Source of the DNA: Phaeosaccion multiseriatum | Lineage: Eukaryota; Protista; Ochrophyta, other classes | Assembly (NCBI GenBank): GCA_965112735.1 | Contig: OZ218951.1 | Span: 3,224,001-3,288,000 of the forward strand | DNA: 64,000 nucleotides | Direction of reading: 5' to 3' | In this document: positions 48,099-58,251 of the stretch, one piece after another | Layout of the letters: the number at the start of each line of letters is the position of its first letter | Position numbering within the stretch: position 1 is the stretch's first letter | The notes under the pieces: model-generated | What the model was told of the DNA's origin: nothing | Seen by the model: only the letters and a program-made list of their open reading frames with translations | The model's database searches: none | Translations under genes and position numbers: made by a program

Positions 48099-51000
48099 TC
48101 AACAAAAGCAGCACAGCAAGGGAGGTGATGGTGATGGTGGTGATGGTGGTGGTGGTGGTGGTGGTGGTGGTGGTGGTGATCCACCAAAAATGTGAATAGG
48201 ACGGTGGGGAATGAAGCAGAGAAAGGGCGGGCGGCGTAAGGTGGGCTTCTCTTCTTTTCTTTTGCCTTCTTTCTGACAGGGAAGGCGGGTCTCGTTGCCT
48301 CGCGTCAGAGGCGCGGGGTATAACGCCAAAATATAAGACCAGCTTGCTTCTCTTTCAAACATGTGTGTCCAAGGACACACTTAAAAGTATATTATGAACA
48401 GAGGTCGTTAAGTTAAGTTGCCGCCTACCACGAGTGGGTCTCGCCCGACGGCGTGTAAAGTCCAGGGTTAAAAGCGACACTAAAGATTTAGAACAGGGTG
48501 GTGCCGATCTGCAGTCCCGGCTTGCCCCCCTTCTTGCGGCTGCGCTCGGCGAAGGCCAGCGAGATGTCGTGCAGGCGGCAGAGGGAGCTCACCATCTGCT
48601 CCACAGTGTCGTTCTCGGCACACAGCTGCTCCACCACTGCAGGGGTGAATTGAGGGCCGCCCTCTGCCTCTGCCCCTGTCCCTGCTGCTGCTGCTGTATC
48701 ACCAACTGCTGCATCCCGGAAGAGCCCCTCGAGGCGCTCCCTCTGCACGAGGTCGAGGTCCTGCTCGAAGTAGTGCTTGATCATCTGCGCCACGTTGTCC
48801 ACCGTCATGTAGCCGAGGTGGATCTTGCGGTTGATCCTCCCAGGCCGGACCAGGGCAGGGTCCAGCTTCTCGGGGTGGTTACTGTGAGACAGAGAGAGAG
48901 AGAGAGAGGGAGTGAGTGAGATGAAGAGGTGAGATGCCAAGTAGTACAAAGAAGTTTGGCGGCGCCGAGGAAGGTCAACAAGCAACAAGGGTCGACTGCC
49001 ACTCCCCGCTCTTCTCCTCGTCTCACCTGGTGAGGATGACAATCCTCTCTGGAGTCTCCACCACTCCATCGAGCACGTTGAGCAGGCCGGCGAGGTCCAG
49101 CTTGTCGGTCTTGGAGGCGAACTGGCTACCGCTCAAGCTGCCCCCCCCGCCTCCTCCTCCGCTTCCCTTGCCCTTGCCCTTCTTGCCCCCGTCCTTCTCG
49201 CCCCCGCCCATGAAGCAGCTGGCGAGGATGGCAAGCATGTCATCCCCAGTCCCCGTCCCGGTCCCCTCCCCCTCCATCATGGGGCCGATCATCACCATGT
49301 CATCATCCTCATCCTCGTCGTCGTAGTCGTCGTCGTCATCCTCGCTGTCGCTGGGCTCGTCGTCCTTGTCCTCCTTCTCATCATCATCGCTGTCGACGTC
49401 CGAAACGACGCAAGCCCCCTCCGCCGCCCGAGGCGAAGGCGAAGGAGAAAGAGAGGCCTCCCGTGTCTTCTCTCCCTCCTGCGTGCTCTCTGTGCGTCGC
49501 AACGGGGGCGCATCGGGCAGGGCAGACCCTTCTCCCTCCACCTCCTTCCCCTTGTCAACCCTGCTTGCTTCCTCCACTTCCTTCTCCTTCTCCTTCTCGG
49601 CCTCCTTCACCTCGACTGTCTTCTTGCTCTTCTTGCTCTCCTCCTTCTTCTTCTTGCTCTGCTTCTTCTTGTCCTTCTCCTCCTTCCTCTCCCTCTTCTC
49701 CTGCTTCTGCGCCGCTCGACTGAGAACGATGGGAGACGCCGCGTCCACGTCCTCCAAAACAAAGATGGTGTCGCGGAAGTGCAGCTTGACTGTACGTGTG
49801 AAGAAGCAAGAGGGGGAGAGAGCAGGAGGAGGAAAGTCAGCGACTTACTTTCTTGTGGATGCAATGTGTATGGCCTCATCGTTTGCCGCCCGGCCTCATC
49901 GTTTGCCGCCCTTCCTCCCTCCCTCCCTCCCTCCCTCCTTCCAACCTACCTGGCAGCTCCTCGCCCTTGACGGGGAAGCTCTCCCCAAAGACCATGTCCA
50001 TGAGCTCCTGGTTGGTCTTGATCCTCGCCAGCGGGATGTTGACGATGTTGCGCTTGGTGTGCGCAGCCATGGCCTTGATCAGAGAGGTCTTTCCCGTGCC
50101 GGGAGGGCCGTGCAGGAGCAGCCCCAGCTTGTGCGGGAAGCCCTCGATGCGGTACTTGCCCTTCTTCTCCGTAAAGTCGCTCAGCAAAGAGAGGATGCTC
50201 TCCTTCTCCGGGAAGAACATGGAGTTGAAGGTCTTGCCCTCGCTCAGCAGGTAGCGCTTGTAGGTGTGGTCGCTGTCCGAAGAGTTGTCCCCGTCTCCCT
50301 TCCCGCCGTCCACGGTGTAGAGGTACCGACCGCTGCGATTAAACATTGAGTGCCAAAGGGGAAGGGTTGGTGGAAACAAAAAGCCCGTCAAGTCAGTCAA
50401 TCTGTCTTCATTTCATCATCCTGCCTTCCCATCTCAAGTCACTCGGTCCAGCTTGCACACAAGTCTTTGCGAAGTCTGTGCTTACCTGTCCTCGATCTTC
50501 TCCATCTCGGCCTGGTACCATTTGAAGGCGGTGGACACAAAGTTGTCGATCAAGGCCGCCCCGTTCCTGTCCTCGGAACGGAAGAGTAGGACGGTGCTCC
50601 TCGACCTGATGGTGTTCTTGTTCTCGCCCTGCTCATCTGCTCACACAGCAAGAGGACAGGTTCACAGCCAGACAGACAACGTGTTGTTGTTCAGCAGGGG
50701 TGGCTGAGAGAAACAAGTCCCGGGGACTCTCTCAAGACTCTCTCCTCAAGCCCGCTCGCCCGCAACCCCACACACCCCACTCCCCCACTCCCTCACTCGC
50801 TCACTCACTCACCGGTCTTCTCCACCTGCTTGCAAAACTCCACCCCAGGGGCGACGTCCACCCATACATCGGCGGCGGGGACCGTGTTGACTGAGTAGGA
50901 CTTGAGCTGGTCCGCCGTTGAGCCGTACACAACGCAGTAGGTGTTGTTGTCCATGGCTCCTTGCTCCTTCACGGCAGAGAGGGTGACTGCGCCGCTGTCG

Positions 51001-51786
51001 ATCTTCAGGTTGAGCTCTGTGCTGATGTAGATGCAAATCGCCTTTTGGAGGATGTTGTTCCTCTCCTCCTGGAAATCGCCGTCGCTCCCCCCGTAGCCGT
51101 TGGTTGTGGAGTACACAATTCTTCGCTCAAAGAGCTGCTTCTTGGGCTCGAACAGCCAAGCGAGCCACCCCAGGTTGGCCAACTTGCGCCAGTCCATGGC
51201 GAACAGCGCCTGGAAGAGAAGAGGAACCAACATCGCCATCGCCATATCTATCATTGCATTGCCCGTTCTAAAGCTGTTCAGGAACCCCAGCTGGGCCAGC
51301 GGGTTGTTCAAGCTATCCATCTTGATCCTGCTTTTTTCCCCTTTCTATTGCCTTTCTGCTGCTGTGAGCTGGATGGGCTAGAGCTATACGAGCACGGTTC
51401 TATTTCCTGCTGGCTGGGTGCCTCCGGCTGTGAACTGCTCGATGAACGATGGAAAGGACGAAAAAAAGAGAGGAGAGAGAGAGAGGAAGGGAGTGGAAAG
51501 AAGGGAAGAGGGATTGGCCGAGGAAAAGGGGGGAGAGGCGAGATGAGCAGAAACAAAGAGGGGGAAGAGTAAAGCAAACAGAAAGGAGGGAGGAGAGAGG
51601 GAGATTATGGAGAGAGTGAAGCCTTACCAATTGCTCAAGGCAGTCAAGCCGGTGGAGTGTGTTGTGGTGTCTTGTAAGTGTCGTGAGGTCTTGTGCTGAA
51701 AGAGTGAAAGCTCTCGGCGCCATTGGCGAATTGGCGGGACGATCCCGGACCGGGCAAGTAGTCGCCATTTGTGAACTCAAACTGTC
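48099..51786 (-). repeat. Right arm of the inverted segmental duplication
   Basis: Reverse complement of 36515-40110. It begins 3 nt after the PPR stop and ends 5 nt before the SDR ATG. Confidence 0.95.
48488..51320 (-). CDS. BCS1-like AAA+ ATPase, copy 2 (intact paralog)
   Basis: Same exon structure and motifs as copy 1. The coding indels I could see are all in frame (e.g. STTNG vs STTTNG, shorter poly-Ala). Same C-terminus GLQIGTTLF. Confidence 0.92.
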
Positions 51787-51790
51787 CAAC

Positions 51791-53888
51791 ATGCCCACAA
51801 CAGCTGCTCAAATGATTCTTTCACGTGGGTTTTTGGAGCGTCTCCTTCTGCTCGTTGCTGTGGTCCTGCCTGCCACAGCTTTCTCTTTTTTGGTACCAAG
51901 CTCAGTCAACATCGCGGTACGAAATTCCATCAGCATGGCGGATACGAGTGCGCCGCCGGGAGAGGGCCTCCGTGTCCTCGTTCTTGGAGCCACCGGAGGA
52001 TTGGGGGGGGTGATCACCAAGGGCTTCGTGGAAAGGTCAGCACAAGGCTCCCCCCCTCTCTGGGGCGGGAGTGTTTCTCTGAGTAGGGAGGGGGCTAGAG
52101 AGAGGCAGACGGAGAGAGCGAGAGAAGAAAAGAGAGGGGGGCGAGAGAGGAACGAGGGCGGGGGGGAGGCAGAGAGAGAGAGACAGAGAGAGAGAGAGAG
52201 GGTGAGAGAGATACCCTGGACGAGCTTGCCCTCTCATGGGCACTCCCTCACTCTTGTGCAGTTCTCTTTGATTGTGCCAAACTCACTCACACCCATGACC
52301 TGTTTCCCTTCCCCCTTGGTACCATACAGAGGATATAAGACCGTGGCCACGTGCCGCTCGAGCGACAAAGACTTGGCCGAGATGGGCTGCGAGCTCATCA
52401 TTGAGGACGTCGACGTGACCAAAGCAGACAAGGTTGCGGCCATGGTCAAGGTGAGCTTCATGTCCTTAGTGAGGATTTCTTGCTGTCATGTGCTGTCATT
52501 GGGATACTTTTAGGTTTTTGAGTAAGCCTTCTTGCTGAATTGAATATCGCACACATACGAAGTGGCGTTTTGTTCTTTTGCGTCGCAGCAGCAGTGAGTA
52601 GCAGAAATAAGTGAAGTGGCACCCGTCTCCGACCAACACCGTCTTTCTTTTGCCCTTTCTTTTGCCCCTTGTGGTGTTGGTTGCCCTTTCGCTGCCATCT
52701 GCGGTCATGTGTGAGTAGAAGCTGCAGGAGAAGGACATGAAGCTGGACAGGATTCTCGTAGTGGCGGGCTTGCTCATCGCAGAGGAGTTCGGGGAGCTCA
52801 AGTATGACGCTAACATGAAAATGTGAGAGAGGGAGGGGAGGGTGGGAGGGAGGGAGGAAGGCGCGCTGCAATTTGTTCTTGAACTTGTATCTGCTCCTCG
52901 TCCATGGGGCGACCGACGCCCCCAATCAATCAATAGTAGTGGGTGGGTGGATGGATGGGCGAGACCCATTCTCCTGCACTCACTCTCGCTCCTTCTCTTC
53001 CCCTCATTCTGCAGGTACGACGTGTGTGCGTTGGGCCCTCTGCGAGTGGTGGAGGCGTTGGTGAACGCAAAAATGTTCACAGATGGCGCTAAAATAGGCC
53101 TTATCACGTCCGAAGGCGGCAGTATTGGGCTACGGACGGATGTGAGTGTTTCGCATAGACAATCCGACACGTTCTGAGAGGGTGTTTCTGTAACCGTCTG
53201 CATGGCCCTTCCTATTTCCGTTGCTCTATCTGTGTGCCTCCCTCACTCTCTCGTCTCTTCTCTATCTGTCGCTCTCTCCCCGTATCTGTCTCTCTCGCAC
53301 TCTCTACCTTTGGATGTCTGTCTCTCTTCCCCCTACCCTCCATCTCTCCCTCTCTCCCCTCCCCTACCTCCCCCCCCTCGCAGAAAGAGGGTGGCGACAA
53401 CTACGGTCACCACATGTCCAAAGCCGCGGAGAACATGATGGGCAAGATCCTGGCCATTGACCTCAAACCCAAGGGGCTTCCCGTGGTCATGATCCACCCA
53501 GGTACATGTAGAGGCAGTGTTTGGGGAAGATGAAGTCGAGGGACGCCGAGTCGGAAGGGAGTCGCACACTAACCCTGCACACTCTTTCACTCCTTCTTCC
53601 CTCTCTTCCTTTCTTCCCCTTCTCCCCCCCTTCCTCCCTCCCTCCCTCCTCTCCCTGGCAGGCTTTATGAAGACGGAAATGACGGAAATATACAAAGACA
53701 AGTGGGAGGAGTTTGGCGCCAAGACCCCGGCCGAGAGCGTGCCCGGTATCATCGACACGCTTGAGCGATGTACCCTCGACAGCACCGGCCAGTTTATTGC
53801 CCCGAGAGGGAGTCAAGGATTGGGCATGGGAGTCAACGCGCTGGAGAAGCCTGAAGATTACGGGCCGTTCAGTCAGCTTCCCTGGTGA
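51791..53888 (+). CDS. CsgA/C-factor-like short-chain dehydrogenase with atypical HxxxK active site and probable plastid presequence, 6 exons
   Basis: VLVLGATGGLG, DVDVT, VVAG, LITSEGGSI, NYGHHMSKAAENM, IHPGFMKTEMT, C-terminal LPW. Signal LLLLVAVVLPATA-FSF. Approximate exons: 51791 (or 51812)-52035, 52330-52450, 52719-52822, 53015-53140, 53384-53501, 53662-53888. Confidence 0.88.
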
Positions 53889-54438
53889 GGAGGGCTTTTC
53901 TGGCGAGGAGAGGGGTGACGAAAGCGAGAAAGGGAGGGAGTGAGGGAGGGAGGGAGAGGGAGAGAGATAGAGAGAGAGGGGGGGAGGGAGACAGACAACC
54001 GGTCAGCTTCCCTGGTGAGGAAGGCTTTTCTGGCGAGGAGAGGGGCGGCAAAAGCGAGAAAGAGAGGGAGGGAGACAGCCAGCCAGCCAGCCAGCCGGGC
54101 TGCTTTCCTGTCGAGGAGAGCGAGGCCAGCGGAGGCGAGGGCGGGGGCGAGAGTGATGGTATTGTGCAGCGAGACAGGGGTGTTTAGGAGGAGGAAGAAA
54201 TGGACAAGAGAGAGGAGGGAGAGTTGTGGTGGATGTGTTGCCAATCCTTTCACAATGATGGGCCTTATTTTATTTTATTAGTTGGATTTATGAGATTTGT
54301 TCACTGAGCGAATAACTAGTACTACACACACCACCACCCACCTCTCGAGTGCAAGCAAGAGAGAGAGAGACCGAGACTGCAAAAATTAGATTCCACCTGC
54401 TGCAAGTCTGTGTCTTTCCCCTACCGCCTACCGCCTAG

Positions 54439-55144
54439 CTACATCCCTCCTCTTCCCTCCCTGTCGTCACCAATCAATCTCCGAAAGGTGTTGCTCTCAC
54501 GTCTGCCGGTGTAGTGCAGCTGGGCTTTGGTGTCGTCTTGCTGCCCCTGTCTCTGCTCCTTCCCCTTCCCTGTCAACTCATATGGCAGGGAGGGTGTGAC
54601 TGCACCACCGGTAGCAGCAGCAGCAGCAGGAGCAGCAGCAGCCTTGACTTCCGCCTCCTCCCCCTCCTCCTCCTCCTCCTCCTCCTCCTCCTCCTCCTCC
54701 TCCTCCTCCTCCTCCTCCTCCTTCTCCTCTTCCTCCTCCTCCGCATCGTCGTCGTTGAGCCCACCACGACCCTCTGCACCGCTTTCACACACGGCTTCTT
54801 CGTACCGTTCATCCTCTGCAGAGAAGGAGCGAGGAGGGCGAGGAGGAGGACGGTCACCACTCCCACTCATTGGTACGCCGGAGGAGGTCGGCATGACGTC
54901 CGCAGCAACACGAGCGCTGCTACTCTCCCCCCATGTTGGTCCGGAAACCGAACAAGAGGCTTCAAAGTCCTCCTCGTCATCATCATCGAACAAAGGGGCG
55001 CGAGAACACTCGCAGCTGGGAGAGAGGGGGTCGAGCTCCCCTTCGTCCAGGGGCACCAACAACGCCTGGAGGGGACTGCTGAGCTGGGTGCTGAGCGGCG
55101 TCTTCTCCTCCTCCTCCTCCTCCTCTCGACCGCCAGCTTTCTTG

Positions 55145-55176
<32 letters not shown>

Positions 55177-56109
55177 ACTGCCGGTGCTGCCGTTGGTGAT
55201 GTGGAGGGCGATTTGCTGCCCTAGGGCGAGGCGAAGCGTCTCCAGGATGAAGGCAGCATCGGAGCTACTCAGCGTTACATCGAAGTTCTCCCTCTTCTCC
55301 TCCCCCTTCTTGTTGTTCTTTTTCTCATTCGCTGCTTCCTCCTTCTTCCCTACGCCCCCCCCCGAGAGCCCTTGCCAATGGTCATCATCCTTCTGCCCCA
55401 CCGCCGCCCCGCTGCTGTCTCGCAGCTTCTGACAAGCCACTCTGAGCCTCCCCGCCAGCGTCTCCATTTCCAGGTCCAGTGACGGACGGGAGGTGTCTGC
55501 CAGTGTGTCCCAGCCGCCTGAGTCTGGTGGGAATGACAAGCCGGGAGGATCCTCTTGCGGGTCCTGGCGCCCGCCGTGACCTTGCTGCTGGTCCACGTCA
55601 TGTCCCAGTGGCAGCGGTAGCGTTGTTTCAAGGAGTGAGTCTGAGATACTTTGGCATGTACCGAACAAGTCCATCTCTTCATCGGATCTTGCCGGAGAGC
55701 ATGGGGTCGTTGGAGAGGAGGTGCAGTAGTCAAGCAGAGACGCAGCAGCCGACAGAGTTTCCCCACTACTAACTTGGCGGCCGCGATGCGCGGGGCTATC
55801 AACATCATCACCCCTATCCTCATCATCCAAGGCACCTTTAAAGAAAGTGGTCAGATGGGGTAATGGAGAGCCCATGCGAGGACTGCTCATGTAGCTGCTC
55901 CCGTCATCTTCACCGCCAGCAGCCCCGTCGACTTGCACACACGGACGCCCAGTAACGCCAACAGCCTCATCGACCTGCAAACAGGGAAGTCCATGCCAGA
56001 AGGAGCCTTTCGCCTCGAGTGAACGCTTCCCTGACACCTCCTCTGTCGTCCCTGCTGCTTGGATCGCGTGTTCCCCGACGCCCACGTCAAGCCCGCACGT
56101 GTCCTCCAT
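54439..56109 (-). CDS. Hypothetical acidic, low-complexity protein (intronless 556 aa ORF)
   Basis: Long uninterrupted ORF with ATG start; no recognisable domain. Confidence 0.5.
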
Positions 56110-56488
56110 GGCTGATCAGTGGCCCTCTTCTCCCTATATATGTTGCTACCACGGCCTCTACTGCTGCCCTCGCATGAACGTACGTGAGTGGAGCCGAGGA
56201 AGAACCGCCTTATCCCGGGTCACCACCCCTTGGCTTCCTTCTTCGGGGAGACTTGGCTCGGAGTCCTTTGGCTGGGCTCTGTTGCCCTAAGACACACCCC
56301 CAGGGCACCAGTCTTCTTCATTTCCTGTGTGCGACCTACTTCTTTGTCTTACACAACTTGCACATGCCTCTTAGGTCTCAGTAGTAGTCTAAAAGTAATG
56401 TCTCACCGCCCCGAGAACTCGCGCCAATTTGGCAGTTTCCGTTTCCGCTCAGTTTTTGCTTCTTCGTCGGCCCCTGACATGCTTCTGA

Positions 56489-57012
56489 TCGGCCCCGTGC
56501 ACGCCTAGCGGGGGGTGGGGGTCGGCTTACTTACTTACTGCCTAGGCCTATTTTGGAAAATTGCCCGGCCTAGCGAGGGCCGTAGGCCCTCGGCCTATTT
56601 ATAGGCCGCCTAGGCGGCGGCCTAGGCGGGGGCCGGAGGCCCGCGGCCTAGGGCAGACGCCAACTAGGCGCAGGTCCAGGGCGGGAATATGCTCATATGC
56701 CCCTGGGCTGGCCCGGAACCCGCCCAAGTGTCGTCAGTTTTAAGCAAATGTATTGCATGGGATAAGTGAGGAGTAGACTTGGTTCGTGTTGTCTCTTTCC
56801 GCCTCGCTGGCCCTACGAGGAGTGCAGGCCTACAGGTGCGTGTGCTGCTACCCACTGGCGCGCGCACGCACGCGCCCACGGTCACTGGGAGGCTGCCTAG
56901 AGGCGGGCTATAGGCCGCCTAGGGCTGAAAAGTGAGCGGCCTAGAGCGGCCGGAGGCCGCCGGCCTAGCTAGGCCTATTTCGGCCGAAGAGCCTAGGCGT
57001 GCACGGGGCCGA
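56489..57012. mobile_element. MITE / non-autonomous DNA transposon with perfect TIRs and target-site duplication
   Basis: Left atcggccccgtgcacgcctag (56488-56508) is the exact reverse complement of ctaggcgtgcacggggccgat (56993-57013). Flanking direct repeat TTCTGA at 56483-56488 and 57013-57018. Dense subterminal CCTAG/GGCC palindromes; no transposase ORF. Confidence 0.9.
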
Positions 57013-57964
57013 TTCTGAGACAAGCCAGCCCAGAAGCAGGAAGCAAGAACAAGAAGCAGGCCGCCGGCCACAAGCAGGAAGCAGGGTCACCTCAGAAGCA
57101 TGTCAGGGGCCGAGTGTACAGGTTGCTCGTTCACCCACATGGAGCACACACATTGCTCTACCACTCCCCGGCCTCCGGCCTCCCTCAGTGTCGGCACCCG
57201 GCCGGGTCACCGTTAACCCGAAATCTGGCAATAGTCTCTCCCGTCGATAATAATAGAGAAAAAGGACGTCCACCGTCAGTTAACGACCCAAGTAACCACG
57301 GTCACCCACGGGGCGTGTTTAAGTATCGCTCCCAAACACAACACGGCACTGCGCACTCGTAGTACGTACCGAGCAGGAAACATGGCTCGATCAGCGGCCA
57401 GCCATGCCACCGGCCGCTGCCATCGCTCCCTGTAGTCAACACGTACGCCCCCCAGTGTGCCAAGCTCGACACCCCCCCACTCACTTCCTACCTACTTTAC
57501 TACTAGTACAGCTCCACAGAAAGAAAAAAGAGAGAGAGAGATTGAAGTTCCCAACCCCCCCCCCCCCCCCCCCGTAAATAGCTATATAAAGATAAAACTG
57601 CGCCCGCGACCCGCCCACCTCCCCCCCACACTCCCCCATCATTGCTAGCTACCCTCCACCCAACCGCACCCCTCCATCCCTGCGTTGGGCTCGGTGTTTT
57701 CGCTTGTCCGTCCTCCGACGGCGGCCCACGCACCAATAGCTAGCTAAGTCAATGGCTGGCTGACCAAGGAAAGGCCCCGCCACACGTTTTTCCATCGCTA
57801 GGCTGCCCTGGGCCCCTCCCTCCTTCTCGCTCCGTTTCGCCCTCCCCCCCGTTGCGCTCACTCCAATGACGGCGCCGCCTGCTGCTCCGGCTTCCAGGCG
57901 CTCGCCATCCGGCCACAAAGTCCGTGCCCCAGCCAGGGCCCGTCCACGAGGTAGCTAGTCCTCG

Positions 57965-58251
57965 TCATTGGAGGAGGACAGGAATGAGGGCCCTGTCTCT
58001 CACGATGGGCTTGCCTTCGCTGTCCTGCTTCAGCCTCTGCGCCTCTCCGATGACGCCGCTCCACGTCTCCATGCCCTCGTCATTTGGCTTGGCCGTGGAA
58101 GTCTAAATCTCCTGCTCCACCTCCTCCTGGCGGTAGTCCACCTGGAAGGAGTACGTGTCAGTGAAAATGTACACTCTCGCCCGCGACCCGGGTCCAGCGA
58201 AGAGGCTCCTCTTGAAGTCACGCCAAGCAGGAAGGCCATGCATCACCTCGC
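57965..58251 (-). pseudogene. Coding-like exon with internal stop
   Basis: After acceptor aatcag| the frame reads EVMHGLPAWRDFKRSLFAGPGSRARVYIFTDTYSFQVDYRQEEVEQEI*TSTAKPNDEGMETWSGVIGEAQRLKQ. Codons are GC3-rich on both sides of the TAG at 58103-58105. Confidence 0.4.

Noticed and set aside
36515-51786. Composite transposon with the inverted arms as IS-like ends
   Set aside because: The arms encode an AAA ATPase rather than a transposase, there is no outer target duplication, and the breakpoints fit an inversion-associated duplication.
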